Origin: Eubacteriales bacterium
GTDB lineage: Bacteria > Bacillota > Clostridia > Oscillospirales > CAG-272
Reading direction: 5' to 3'
Length of the DNA: 64,000 nt
NCBI GenBank assembly: GCA_045653805.1
Contig: JAZOMF010000079.1
Span: 5,327-69,326, forward strand
A program made the translations under genes and the position numbers. The notes beneath the pieces were generated by a model, which was not told the origin of the DNA, made no database searches, and saw only the letters and a program-made list of their open reading frames with translations. Positions 51,524-61,743 of this stretch are shown piece by piece (within the stretch, counting starts at the first letter, position 1; every line of letters starts with the position of its first letter).

Positions 51524-54475
51524 GTGAAAAAAGTTCTTCGTGATCTTCAGGAATATATGAGCGAAATTGCCAAGGCGTACGGCAAAAAAGATGCCTATCG
51601 CTACTTTGTCAATGACCGTGTAGTATCCAAGACATTTATCGAATTTGAAAGAGACGTTAATGCTGTCGCTTCTTATTTCGTTAAAAATAGATGGCACGGT
51701 AAGCACATCGCTATAATTGGATCAACAAGCTACCCTTGGGTGGTGACCTTTTTGGCGGTTGAGTGCAGTGGTAACGTGGTTATCCCTATCGACAAAATGC
51801 TTCCTGAAGTTGACATGATCAATCTCTTGGCAATGGGTGATGCAGACGTTGTGTTTCTTGCTGATGAGTTCGCGTCTATGGCAACTCCTATAAGCGCGGC
51901 AGAGAATAATGTTCAGGAAATCATCTGCTTCACCGGAAAAAAATATGAAGAATGCCTTGCTACAGAGCCTGTTGATCTGCCCAAGATCGATCCCGATGCT
52001 ATGGCAGAGATACTTTTCACTTCGGGCACGACCGGCGTGAGCAAGGGTGTTATGCTTACACAAAGAAACATTGTTTCCAATATTTGCGACATATATAGAA
52101 TGGACTTCAGACAGAATCTTGATTGTGATGCTATCGTTATGTCGGTTCTTCCCATTCACCATACCTTTGAGTTGACGGTGGACAACCTTGGCGTGCTTTA
52201 TTGCGGTGCGACCGTATGCATTAACGATAAGCTCGAGAATATCGTTGCAAACCTTAACCTTTTCAAGCCATCCGTAATTTTGGTAGTTCCCGCAATAGCA
52301 GAGGCTTTCTACAAAAAGGTTATGGACGGACTTTCCAGCGGAAGCAATAAGAGAAAGATTGCCTTTGCCCGCAAGTTAAGCAAGATATGCAAGTTCTTTA
52401 AGATCAACGCCAAGCGCAAGATATATAAGTCGGTTCTCAAGAAGTTTGGCGGCAATCTTACTAACGTTATCGTCGGCGGCGCAGCACTTCGCCCCGAGAT
52501 AGCCGAGGCATTCGACGAGTTTGGTGTAAATATGTATCAGGGCTACGGACTTACCGAGTGCGCCCCCCTTATTTCTGCAAACTATCCGGGGTGCAATAAA
52601 TTCGGTTCTGTGGGTAAGCCCGTAGAGTATATGGACGTGAAGATCGTTGACGGCGAGATCATGGTAAAGGGCTCAGGCGTGATGTTGGGATACTACAAGA
52701 ATCCCAAGGCAACTGCAGAGGCTTTCACCGAGGACGGATATCTCCACACAGGAGACCTGGGCTGGCAGGACGAGGATGGCTACCTCTACATAACAGGCCG
52801 CTCCAAGAACCTTATAATTCTCGACAACGGAAAAAATATATACCCCGAGGAGCTTGAGTCTCACATCGGAAATATCGTAGGCATCAAGGACGTAATGGTT
52901 TACGAGAACAAGGGTAAGATCTGTGCCGCAGTTCTCCCCGTCAACGCCAATGACGAAAATCTTATCAAGCAGATAAAGCAGGGAATAAAGGATTTTAATG
53001 CCGAACAGCCATCCTATAAGAGAATAGTTTCTATTGTCTTTATTTCCAAGGAGTTCCCCAAGACCACTACCTTAAAGATAAAGCGTAAGGAAGCGGTTAA
53101 GATGATAAAGGAGCAGGTGGTTAAAAAGACCGTGGCTCACGTTCCTCCCACCACTCGCGAGCAGAAAAAGATAGTTACAGCCTACGAAAACGTGCTCGGA
53201 TGCAAGAACATCGGCATCAAGGATGATTTCTTCGACCTTGGAGGCGATAGCCTTGCAGCACTTGAGGTGGCATCAATCATCGGCGTTCCTGCGCAGGAGC
53301 TTTACGAGAATCCCACCGCAGAGCTGCTTGAAAAGGTGCTTATCGAGGCAAAGGTCAAGGCAAAGACAGAGAGAAGCGGCGTTGACGTAAACGAGCTTAT
53401 CAAACACAAGGCTAATATAGATAGCAATCAGGAGGTCGAGCGCATACTGTTGACGGGTGCGACGGGATACCTCGGTGCCCACATTCTCCGTGAGCTTATG
53501 CGCCGTGGAATCAAGGTTCGTTGCCTTGTGCGAAGTGAAGAAAAGCTTCGACAGGTGCTTGAATATTATTTCCCCAAGGAATATAAAAAGTTCAATTATA
53601 AAGTGGTAATCGGTGACATAACCCAGCCCAAACTCGGTCTTACCGATGAAAAATACCACAGTCTTGCGAAAAAGATTGATATGGTTATCCACACTGCGGC
53701 AAACGTAAGCCATGCGGGTCACTACGAGGAGTTTGAGCTGACCAACGTCATAGGTACACAAAATGTTATTGATTTTTGTAGTTTTGCAGGCGCGGTGCTT
53801 CAGCATACCTCAACCGCCAGTGTTCACGGTGCGGGAACGGTTGCGCAGAAGAATCCCGACGCGATTTTTGACGAGTTCTGCCTCGACGTAGGTCAAAATT
53901 ACGTTCAGAACGTTTATATTCACTCAAAGTATAAAGCAGAGGAGAGAGTTCTCCTTGCAAGAGAAGAGGGACTTCGTGCAAACATTTTTCGAATCGGTAA
54001 CCTCACTTGGCGCGCAAAGGACGGAAAGTTCCAGAAAAATGCAGGATCCAACGGGTTCCTTGGTCGTTGTCGCGGAATTTTGCAGGTAGGCGTTTATTGT
54101 AGCGAGATCGACGAATACCCCATCGACTTTACAGCAGTAGACGAGTGTGCAGACGCCTTTGTTCGTCTTTCCCTCAACCACAAGGTTAATAACATTTATC
54201 ATATGTACAACCCTGACCTTTTCTCAATCGGAAGGTTTGGTAAAAAGTGCTTTGTGAAGTTAAAGAAGGTATCCCACGAGGAATTTGAAAAGAAGGTAAG
54301 AGATAATATCAGCGAAAAGGATGTTGCAATTCTTTCCTTCTACAGTACCATAGCATCTGAATCTGCCAACGTGCCTATGAGCAACGATTTTACCGTTAAG
54401 GAGCTTAAAAAGCTCGGGTTTAAGTGGTCTAAGATCAAGCTCAAATACCTCAGCTTCATGAGAAAGCTCAAATAA
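51524..54475 (+). CDS. Tridomain fatty acyl-AMP/CoA ligase, carrier protein and thioester reductase (carboxylic-acid-reductase-like, ElbD-like N-terminal architecture); GTG start
   Basis: It has adenylation motifs ILFTSGTTGVSKGV, QGYGLTE, TGDLGWQDEDGYLYITGRSKN and GKNIYPEELE. The carrier motif is FFDLGGDSLAALE. The reductase has LLTGATGYLGAHILREL and YIHSKYKAE (YxxxK). Confidence 0.85.
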   Translation: MKKVLRDLQEYMSEIAKAYGKKDAYRYFVNDRVVSKTFIEFERDVNAVASYFVKNRWHGKHIAIIGSTSYPWVVTFLAVECSGNVVIPIDKMLPEVDMINLLAMGDADVVFLADEFASMATPISAAENNVQEIICFTGKKYEECLATEPVDLPKIDPDAMAEILFTSGTTGVSKGVMLTQRNIVSNICDIYRMDFRQNLDCDAIVMSVLPIHHTFELTVDNLGVLYCGATVCINDKLENIVANLNLFKPSVILVVPAIAEAFYKKVMDGLSSGSNKRKIAFARKLSKICKFFKINAKRKIYKSVLKKFGGNLTNVIVGGAALRPEIAEAFDEFGVNMYQGYGLTECAPLISANYPGCNKFGSVGKPVEYMDVKIVDGEIMVKGSGVMLGYYKNPKATAEAFTEDGYLHTGDLGWQDEDGYLYITGRSKNLIILDNGKNIYPEELESHIGNIVGIKDVMVYENKGKICAAVLPVNANDENLIKQIKQGIKDFNAEQPSYKRIVSIVFISKEFPKTTTLKIKRKEAVKMIKEQVVKKTVAHVPPTTREQKKIVTAYENVLGCKNIGIKDDFFDLGGDSLAALEVASIIGVPAQELYENPTAELLEKVLIEAKVKAKTERSGVDVNELIKHKANIDSNQEVERILLTGATGYLGAHILRELMRRGIKVRCLVRSEEKLRQVLEYYFPKEYKKFNYKVVIGDITQPKLGLTDEKYHSLAKKIDMVIHTAANVSHAGHYEEFELTNVIGTQNVIDFCSFAGAVLQHTSTASVHGAGTVAQKNPDAIFDEFCLDVGQNYVQNVYIHSKYKAEERVLLAREEGLRANIFRIGNLTWRAKDGKFQKNAGSNGFLGRCRGILQVGVYCSEIDEYPIDFTAVDECADAFVRLSLNHKVNNIYHMYNPDLFSIGRFGKKCFVKLKKVSHEEFEKKVRDNISEKDVAILSFYSTIASESANVPMSNDFTVKELKKLGFKWSKIKLKYLSFMRKLK

Positions 54476-54489
54476 GAGAAAGGAATACT

Positions 54490-57414
54490 ATGAGAATAGG
54501 TATTGATATAGGATCAACCACAATCAAATGTGTTGTGCTTGACGATAACGGCAATCTTCTCCATAAGAGCTATGAGCGTCACTACGCCATGATCACCGAG
54601 AAGACCCGTGAAGTCATCAAAGGATTAATCGAAAAATTTAATATAACCGAGCCTGTAGTCTGTGCGGTTTCGGGCTCTGCGGGTATGGGACTTGCCGAGC
54701 GTGCAGGCGTACCATTCGTGCAGGAGGTTTATGCTACCAAGGTTGCTATCAGCAACCGTCTGCCCGATACCGACGTAGTTATTGAGCTTGGCGGCGAGGA
54801 TGCAAAGATACTCTTCCTTAAAGGAAATCTTGAGGTTAGAATGAACGGTACCTGTGCCGGCGGTACGGGTGCGTTTGCCGACCAGATGGCAAGCCTTATG
54901 CAGATCGAAACGGGCGAGATGAACGAGCTGGCAAAGAGCTACGAGAAGATATACTCCATCGCATCGCGTTGCGGAGTTTTCGCAAAGACTGACATCCAGC
55001 CCCTCTTGAATCAGGGCGCGAGAAAAGAGGACATCTCGGCAAGTATCTTCTACGCGATCGTTAACCAGACCATCACAGGTCTTGCACAGGGTCACCCCAT
55101 CGAGGGCAATATAGTGTATCTCGGCGGTCCCTTGACCTTCCTCTCCGAGCTTCGTCGTGCATTTGATAAGACTATCGGATGCGAGGGCACTTGCCCCGAG
55201 GATTCTCTTGTGTTCGTTGCTCTCGGAGCGGCTTACTACGCCGAGGAGAAGGTAGACCTTCAAAAGGCTTACGAAATAATCGGTGAGAAGGCGGATTTCA
55301 CCGCCGACACCTCTCTCCGTCCTCTCTTTACCGACAGAGCTGAGTACGATGAGTTTATGGAGCGCCACAACGCTCACAGAGTGCCCCGAAACGAGGGAGT
55401 TGAGTATTCGGGCGATGCCTACCTCGGTATCGACTCGGGTTCTACCACCTTGAAGCTGGTTTTGACCGATAAGGACGGCTCTATCATCTTCTCTAAGTAT
55501 CAGTCTAATCAGGGTAAGCCCATCGAGGTCGTAAGAGATACCCTTATTGAAATGTATGAGAAGTATCCTAACGTCAAGATCGTTTCCTCTGCGGTAACGG
55601 GTTACGGCGAGGATATGATGAGAAGTGCGCTTGGTATCGATATCGGCGTGGTTGAGACGGTGGCTCACTTTACCGCGGCTAAGTATTTTATGCCTGACGT
55701 TGAGTTTATCATCGACATCGGCGGTCAGGATATGAAGTGCTTTAAGATTCGAAACGGCGCTATTGATAATATATTCCTCAACGAGGCTTGCTCCTCGGGT
55801 TGCGGCTCCTTCCTCCAGACCTTTGCCAACTCCTTGGGTTACCCCATCGACGAGTTTGCAAATCTCGGTCTTTTTGGAAACAATCCCGTTGACCTGGGAT
55901 CGAGATGCACCGTATTTATGAACTCATCGGTAAAGCAGGCGCAGAAGGAAGGCGTTACCGTTGAGAATATCTCTGCTGGACTTTCCATCAGCGTAGTTAA
56001 GAACGCGCTTTATAAGGTTATAAGAGTTCACTCGGCAGAGGAGCTTGGAAAGAGAATAGTTGTTCAAGGCGGTACCTTCCTCAATAACGCGGTTCTTCGT
56101 GCATTTGAGCAGGAGATCGGAGTAGAGGTCATTCGTCCCGACATCGCAGGAATGATGGGTGCTTATGGTGCGGCACTTTACGCCAAGCAGATGAAAAAGC
56201 ATAAGGGTTATTCGGGAATTCTCTCCTACGAGGATATGAAGAGCTTTACATATTCCATCAAGAGCGTGACCTGTAAGGGCTGTAACAACCGCTGTCAGCT
56301 TACCGTCAACGATTTCGGCGGCGGACGCAGATTTATCGGTGGCAACCGTTGTGAAAAGCCGGTTACCAACAAGGCGCAGGACGATTCTCTCAATCTCTAC
56401 GAATATAAGCTCCAAAAGCTTGCTTCTTACCCCGAGGGAGAGGGAAGTCGCGGAGTTATCGGTCTTCCTATGGCACTTAATATGTATGAGCTGTATCCTT
56501 TCTGGAATACGCTCTTCCGCGAGCTTGGATTTACCGTTAAAATGAGCGGATTTTCCAACCGTAAGCTCTATCTTAAGGGTCAGGGAACTATCCCATCGGA
56601 TACCGTATGCTTCCCCGCAAAGATGGTGCACGGACATATCCAGCAGCTGATAGAGATGGGTGTTGATACTATCTTCTACCCCTGTATGACCTACAATTTC
56701 AATGAAAAGAAGGCCAAAAACTGCTTTAACTGTGCGGTTATCGCAGGATATCCCGAGGTTATCGAGGCAAATACCCTCAACTTCGGTAAGATAAAGTACG
56801 TAAACGATTACGTAGGCCCTCACAACAGAGGAGAGTTTGCTTCGCGCTTTACAAAGGTGCTTGAAAAGCATTTCGGCTCGTTCAAGGCAAGCGACGTGAA
56901 GAAGGCTTGTAAGAAGGCTTACGAGGCGTATGACGAATATATGGCAGACGTAAACCGCGAGGGCTTGCGCATCGTCGAGGCGGCAAGAGCAGAGGATAAG
57001 AAGATAATCGTTCTTGCAGGTCGCCCCTACCACGCCGACCCCGAGATAAACCACGGAATACATAAGCTCATCGCCGCACTCGGCTTTGCCGTTGTGTCGG
57101 AGGATGCGGTCGCTTGTATGGTTGATAAGTTCAACGTCAACCTTATGAGCCAGTGGACGTATCACCAAAGACTTTTCTCTGCGGCAAAGTACGTGTCGGA
57201 GCAGAACGACATGTTCATCGTTCACTTGGTTTCCTTCGGATGCGGTCTCGACGCGCTTACTACCGACGAGGTGAGAAGTCTGCTTGAGCACTACGGACAT
57301 CTTTACACCCAGATCAAGATCGACGAGGTAACTAACCTGGGTGCTATCAAAATAAGACTGAGAAGCCTTATCGCGGCAATAGAACAGAAGAACAAGGAGA
57401 AGGGTAATGAATAA
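54490..57414 (+). CDS. plsA: PlsA-like protein: two BcrAD/BadFG-type ATPase (activase) domains plus a C-terminal HgdA/B-related Cys-containing domain; predicted anaerobic plasmalogen synthase component
   Basis: There are two acetate/sugar-kinase-fold ATPase starts (RIGIDIGSTTIKCVVLD and YLGIDSGSTTLKLVLTD). A CKGCNNRCQLT motif and a dehydratase-component-like tail follow. This matches the architecture reported for Clostridium perfringens PlsA. Confidence 0.65.
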   Translation: MRIGIDIGSTTIKCVVLDDNGNLLHKSYERHYAMITEKTREVIKGLIEKFNITEPVVCAVSGSAGMGLAERAGVPFVQEVYATKVAISNRLPDTDVVIELGGEDAKILFLKGNLEVRMNGTCAGGTGAFADQMASLMQIETGEMNELAKSYEKIYSIASRCGVFAKTDIQPLLNQGARKEDISASIFYAIVNQTITGLAQGHPIEGNIVYLGGPLTFLSELRRAFDKTIGCEGTCPEDSLVFVALGAAYYAEEKVDLQKAYEIIGEKADFTADTSLRPLFTDRAEYDEFMERHNAHRVPRNEGVEYSGDAYLGIDSGSTTLKLVLTDKDGSIIFSKYQSNQGKPIEVVRDTLIEMYEKYPNVKIVSSAVTGYGEDMMRSALGIDIGVVETVAHFTAAKYFMPDVEFIIDIGGQDMKCFKIRNGAIDNIFLNEACSSGCGSFLQTFANSLGYPIDEFANLGLFGNNPVDLGSRCTVFMNSSVKQAQKEGVTVENISAGLSISVVKNALYKVIRVHSAEELGKRIVVQGGTFLNNAVLRAFEQEIGVEVIRPDIAGMMGAYGAALYAKQMKKHKGYSGILSYEDMKSFTYSIKSVTCKGCNNRCQLTVNDFGGGRRFIGGNRCEKPVTNKAQDDSLNLYEYKLQKLASYPEGEGSRGVIGLPMALNMYELYPFWNTLFRELGFTVKMSGFSNRKLYLKGQGTIPSDTVCFPAKMVHGHIQQLIEMGVDTIFYPCMTYNFNEKKAKNCFNCAVIAGYPEVIEANTLNFGKIKYVNDYVGPHNRGEFASRFTKVLEKHFGSFKASDVKKACKKAYEAYDEYMADVNREGLRIVEAARAEDKKIIVLAGRPYHADPEINHGIHKLIAALGFAVVSEDAVACMVDKFNVNLMSQWTYHQRLFSAAKYVSEQNDMFIVHLVSFGCGLDALTTDEVRSLLEHYGHLYTQIKIDEVTNLGAIKIRLRSLIAAIEQKNKEKGNE

Positions 57415-58681
57415 GACGACGCATTACAGAGAAAGAGTTAAATTTACCCTTAAAATGAAGAAGGATTACACCATCCTCACTCCCAGCATGGCGCCTATCC
57501 ACTTCAAGATATTGCGCCCCATTCTTCAACGCGAGGGTTATAAGATCGACATTATGGAGAACGAGGGCCCCGAGGTTCTGGAGCTTGCCCTCAAATATCT
57601 CCACAACGATATGTGCTATCCTGCAATGCTTACCACGGGTCAGATGCTTGCAACCATGAAGAGCGGCAAATACGACCCCGATAAGGTTGCAATGATCATC
57701 ACCCAGTCGGGTGGCGGTTGCCGAGATAGTAACTATATCAACATTATGCGTAAGGCTTTCGAAAAGGCGGGCTACCCCAACGTACCCTTCATTTCGGCTA
57801 ACGTATGGCTTATGGAGCTTAATCCCGGCGTATTTATGAGCCCCGCAGGCTTCCTTCAGGCGGTCGCAGGACTTATCTACGGAGATATGATAATGATATG
57901 CTCCAATCAGATCCGCCCCTACGAGGTCAATAAGGGCGAAACCGACGCTATGATCGAAAAGTGGACCACCAAGCTTGGCGAGACCTTCTATAAGGGTCGC
58001 GGATACAGCGTTGGCGCAATTAAGAAGAATCTTAAAGCAATTGCCGACGATTTTGCTTCTATTAAGATAGAAAAGACCGATAAGGTCAAGGTTGCAGTTA
58101 TCGGAGAGCTTTTCCTTAAATATTCCGCGCCAGGTAACAACCACCTTGAAGAATTCCTCGCAGAGCAGGATTGCGAGGTCTACGTGCCCTCCATTCTCGG
58201 CTTTGGTATCTACAAGACCAACGGCGCGCTTGAGGACATCCGCCTTTACGGTGGCAACCCCTTCAAGAAGCTGATACTTGAAGTGGTTATGAAGTATATG
58301 TTCTGGATGGAGGATATACTCATTTCGGCAATCGAGGCTAACCCCGCATTCGTTCCCCCCGAGAGAGTCAACGACCTCAAAAAGAGAGCCGAGGGCGTTA
58401 TCGGAATCGGAAACAGTATGGGCGAGGGCTGGTATCTTGCGGCAGAAATGCTGGAGTTTGCCGACCACGGATATGAAAATATCGTTATCGTTCAGCCCTT
58501 CGGATGCCTGCCCTGCCACGTTGCGGCAAAGGGAATGATCAATAAGGTAAGACGAGTTGACCCCAGACTCAACATCGTCGATATCGAGTACGACCCCGGC
58601 GCAACCAAGGTAAATCAGGAAAACCGTATCAAGCTTATGCTTGTAGTCGCAAAGGAAAATTTGCAGAAGAAAAACAAGTAA
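57407..58681 (+). CDS. plsR: PlsR-like protein (2-hydroxyacyl-CoA dehydratase D-component-like); predicted anaerobic plasmalogen synthase component
   Basis: It is a 424-aa HGD-D-like protein (CYPAMLTTGQ, ITQSGGGCRDSNY, QPFGCLPCHV). It overlaps plsA by 8 nt, which suggests translational coupling. Confidence 0.65.
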   Translation: MNKTTHYRERVKFTLKMKKDYTILTPSMAPIHFKILRPILQREGYKIDIMENEGPEVLELALKYLHNDMCYPAMLTTGQMLATMKSGKYDPDKVAMIITQSGGGCRDSNYINIMRKAFEKAGYPNVPFISANVWLMELNPGVFMSPAGFLQAVAGLIYGDMIMICSNQIRPYEVNKGETDAMIEKWTTKLGETFYKGRGYSVGAIKKNLKAIADDFASIKIEKTDKVKVAVIGELFLKYSAPGNNHLEEFLAEQDCEVYVPSILGFGIYKTNGALEDIRLYGGNPFKKLILEVVMKYMFWMEDILISAIEANPAFVPPERVNDLKKRAEGVIGIGNSMGEGWYLAAEMLEFADHGYENIVIVQPFGCLPCHVAAKGMINKVRRVDPRLNIVDIEYDPGATKVNQENRIKLMLVVAKENLQKKNK

Positions 58682-58688
58682 AAATAAA

Positions 58689-58721
58689 GGACAGAGAATT
58701 AGTTTTCTCTGTCCTTTTTTG
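58689..58721. terminator. Rho-independent terminator between plsR and the convergent metH
   Basis: GGACAGAGAA TTAGTT TTCTCTGTCC followed by TTTTTT. Confidence 0.85.
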
Positions 58722-58733
58722 TTTGCAAATTAT

Positions 58734-61136
58734 TTATTTCAATTCTGCTTCAACCACTTCTGCGTATCTTACCGCCTCCATAGCGTCGGCGGCGTATTTG
58801 TCCGCTCCGATGGTTGCGGCATGCTCCTCGGTAAGCACCGCGCCGCCCACGATTATCTTTCGCTGGGGGCATTTTTCGCGGAGAAGTTTAATGGTTTCCT
58901 CCATGGCGGGCACTGTTGTAGTCATTAATGCACTAAGTCCTACAATAGCCGCATCGTGTGCCTCTGCCGCCGCCACTATTGCCTCGGCAGACACGTCACG
59001 ACCCAAATCGATCACCTTAAAGCCGTAATTTTCAAGGAGTAGGCAAACGATATTTTTGCCTATATCGTGGATGTCGCCCTTGACCGTCGCCATTATAATG
59101 GTAAGACGCTCCGCTGAATCATCCTTGCTCTTCGAAAGCTCTTCACTGATAGGCTCAAAGGCGAATTTAGCCGCCTCTGCGCTCATAAGCAGAGAGGGAA
59201 GATATATCGTGTGATTTTCAAATCCCTTGCCCACGGTGTCGAGGGCGGGAATTATATGACCCTTTACAATGTCAAGGGGAGCGGACGAACTAAGCATTGA
59301 AACGGTCAGCTCGCGCGCCTTGTCCTTAAGTCCTTTAATTATGGCATCGGTCAGGTCATTTGCTCCGCTCTCGCTATTTTGAGCCGATTCGATTTTACGA
59401 GCACCGCCTATATCCACACTTGAAGCGAAGCGGATGTAGTCGGCGCAATTTTCGTCAAGACCGTGGAGCGCCCTAAACGAATGATAGGTTTTCATCATTT
59501 CAAGGGAGTAGGGGTTCATTATAGCGGCGGTAAGACCGTTTTCCAGCGCGTTTGCGAAGAAAATACTGTTGAGAATGTCGCGGTTTGGCAGACCGAAGGA
59601 TACATTGGAAACGCCAAGCACGGTGTTGCATCCAAGCTCGTTTCGGATTCGGCGGAGAGATTCAAGTGTGACCTTTGCCGCTTTCGGCTCGGCAGAAACT
59701 GTCATTGTCAGGGTGTCAAAGATAATATCTTTCTTGTCGATGCCGTATTCTGCCGCAAACGAGAGGATCTTTTGTGCGATCGCAAATCTGCCCTCTACGG
59801 TTGAGGGGATACCGCTCTCGTCAAGGGTAAGAGCCACCACCACGCCACCGTATTTTTTTACCAAGGGGAAAACCGCGCTCATGCTCTCGGCTTTTCCGTT
59901 GACCGAATTGATCATCGCCTTGCCGTTGTAGCGGCGGAGCGCCGCCTCCATGGCAGAGGAGTTGGACGTGTCTATCTGCAAGGGGAGATCGCAGACTGCT
60001 TGTAGCTCGCAGACCACCTTTTCTATCATTTCAACCTCGTCGATCTCGGGAAGTCCCACGTTGACGTCAAGAATATGAACGCCGCAAGCCTCCTGATCGA
60101 GACCCTCCTTGAGGATAAAATCGAGGTCACGGTTGCGCAAAGCATCCTTAAAGGGCTTTTTGCCAGTGGGGTTTATGCGCTCACCGATAAGAATGGGGGC
60201 ATCTTCAAGATCAACCGCGTGAGTGTATGAGGATACAAGGGAATAAGCCTTTTTGTATGTCTCCATAGGCTTTTGAGGGCTTGATTTAACCACCTCGGCA
60301 ATATATTCGGGCGTTGTGCCACAGCATCCGCCCGCAATTCTAACTCCACGGGATATAAGGGAAGCCACCGCCTCACCAAACTCATGAGGGGTAATATCGT
60401 AAAAGGTTTTGCCGTTCTTGATGTCGGGAAGTCCCGCGTTGGGCTTGAGCAGAACGGGAACAGAGGCGTATTTCAAAAGCTCCTCAACCACGGGAACAAG
60501 CTGACGGGGACCAAGCGAGCAGTTAGCGCCGATTGCGTCCGCGCCCATACCCTCAAGCATTGCAACCATAGCGGCAGGTGACGCGCCCGTCATAAGGCGC
60601 ATATCCGAGCCGTAGGCGTTGGAAACGAATACAGGCAGGTCGCAGTTTTCCTTTGCCGCCAAAAGTGCCGCCTTGGTTTCATAGGAGTCGTTCATGGTCT
60701 CGATGAAAATAAGGTCAACGCCGTATTTTACGCCCAGCTTTACCGTTTCGGCAAAGAGGGAAACCGCGTCCTCAAAATCAAGGTCGCCATAGGGCTTCAG
60801 TAGCTTTCCTGAAGGGCCGATGTCAAGGGCTATAAACTTTTCACCGCCATTTTTTGTTTCCAGCATGGCTTTGCGCGCGTTTTTCACCGCCGCGCCAACG
60901 ATCTCATCAAGCTCCTCTCGGCTAAACTTCAAAAGGTTAGCGCCAAATGTGTTGGTAGACACCACGTTAGAGCCCGCATCGTAGTAATTGCGGTGTATCT
61001 CCTTGATAACTTCGGGATGAGAGATGTTCCATCTCTCGGGAAGCTCGCCGGCTTCAAGACCTTTAACTTGAAGCAAAGTGCCCATGCCACCGTCAAGAAA
61101 AAGCAAATTGTTCTTTAAATAATCAAGTATCTTCAT
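58734..61136 (-). CDS. metH: Cobalamin-dependent methionine synthase lacking the fused reactivation domain (Hcy-binding, pterin-binding and B12-binding modules)
   Basis: The Hcy S-methyltransferase N-terminus is LFLDGGMGTLL ... GGCCGTTPE. It also has a pterin-binding barrel, and a B12 domain with the GDIHDIGKNIV (DxHxxG) motif. The protein is 800 aa. Confidence 0.85.
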   Translation of the reverse strand: MKILDYLKNNLLFLDGGMGTLLQVKGLEAGELPERWNISHPEVIKEIHRNYYDAGSNVVSTNTFGANLLKFSREELDEIVGAAVKNARKAMLETKNGGEKFIALDIGPSGKLLKPYGDLDFEDAVSLFAETVKLGVKYGVDLIFIETMNDSYETKAALLAAKENCDLPVFVSNAYGSDMRLMTGASPAAMVAMLEGMGADAIGANCSLGPRQLVPVVEELLKYASVPVLLKPNAGLPDIKNGKTFYDITPHEFGEAVASLISRGVRIAGGCCGTTPEYIAEVVKSSPQKPMETYKKAYSLVSSYTHAVDLEDAPILIGERINPTGKKPFKDALRNRDLDFILKEGLDQEACGVHILDVNVGLPEIDEVEMIEKVVCELQAVCDLPLQIDTSNSSAMEAALRRYNGKAMINSVNGKAESMSAVFPLVKKYGGVVVALTLDESGIPSTVEGRFAIAQKILSFAAEYGIDKKDIIFDTLTMTVSAEPKAAKVTLESLRRIRNELGCNTVLGVSNVSFGLPNRDILNSIFFANALENGLTAAIMNPYSLEMMKTYHSFRALHGLDENCADYIRFASSVDIGGARKIESAQNSESGANDLTDAIIKGLKDKARELTVSMLSSSAPLDIVKGHIIPALDTVGKGFENHTIYLPSLLMSAEAAKFAFEPISEELSKSKDDSAERLTIIMATVKGDIHDIGKNIVCLLLENYGFKVIDLGRDVSAEAIVAAAEAHDAAIVGLSALMTTTVPAMEETIKLLREKCPQRKIIVGGAVLTEEHAATIGADKYAADAMEAVRYAEVVEAELK

Positions 61137-61146
61137 AATTTTCCAA

Positions 61147-61743
61147 TCAATAAATTCCTATAATTGCCGTCACGCTTTTGGTGGGCGACATAAGAAGGCT
61201 GTCGTTTAGAGTAAGACCGATTCGCTTTTCACATTCAAGAGAGGCAAAAATTTCCTTTTGAAGTGAGAGGGGAAGGTCTCCGTAGCCTGCGCTGAAGCGT
61301 GGGCGCATTTTTTTGCCCTCGGTGGCAAATCTTGCCTTCATTTCGTCGCAAAATGTGTCGCAAAGAGCCTCTATCCGCTCCGCCCCGAGAGCTTGAATAC
61401 AAAGCGCCAATGACGGTTCAATTATGCCGTATCGCAATATAAGTCGGTCAATTTCAAGTCCTACCGTTGCGGCAAAAACCAATGTTTTCTCACACCCCGA
61501 AAGGCATTTTGCAAGATCACGGCTTTCCGCCTCGGCAAAATCGAGATGACATTTTCTATCAATTATTTCTAAAGGAAACTCTGAGTAGCACACCTTGTAT
61601 GAAAGCTTGCCCTCGCACAGTGATATGGCACGGTCTATAAGGGATTCAAGCTCGCGTGAGCTATCCTTACAGCCCATATAGCGCAATATCTCGCGGCGAT
61701 TGATGGCGGGTGCGGAGTATTCCCGTGTGATTACAGTCCTCAT
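61147..61743 (-). CDS. Stand-alone methionine synthase activation-domain-like protein
   Basis: It is a 198-aa protein immediately upstream of metH in the same operon, and it overlaps the metF stop codon. The C-terminal pattern (PRFSAGYGDLPL..Q) is as in vitamin-B12-dependent methionine synthase activation-domain proteins. Confidence 0.6.
   Translation of the reverse strand: MRTVITREYSAPAINRREILRYMGCKDSSRELESLIDRAISLCEGKLSYKVCYSEFPLEIIDRKCHLDFAEAESRDLAKCLSGCEKTLVFAATVGLEIDRLILRYGIIEPSLALCIQALGAERIEALCDTFCDEMKARFATEGKKMRPRFSAGYGDLPLSLQKEIFASLECEKRIGLTLNDSLLMSPTKSVTAIIGIY

Noticed and set aside
54625-58519. Three long minus-strand ORFs (54625-55668, 55924-57300, 57368-58519) antisense to plsA and plsR
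   Set aside because: These are shadow ORFs opposite strongly motif-bearing plus-strand genes, with no start context or recognisable domains. The same reasoning applies to 17962-18945(-), 26960-27895(-), 30829-31701(-), 36076-36831(+), 37045-37839(+), 12674-13372(-), 44087-45301(-) and 46928-48394(-).
58734-61743. The split methionine synthase (800-aa MetH without a reactivation domain, plus a separate 198-aa activation-domain protein) as unusual
   Set aside because: This split organisation is common in Clostridia and Thermotogae-type metH operons, so it is noted in the features only.
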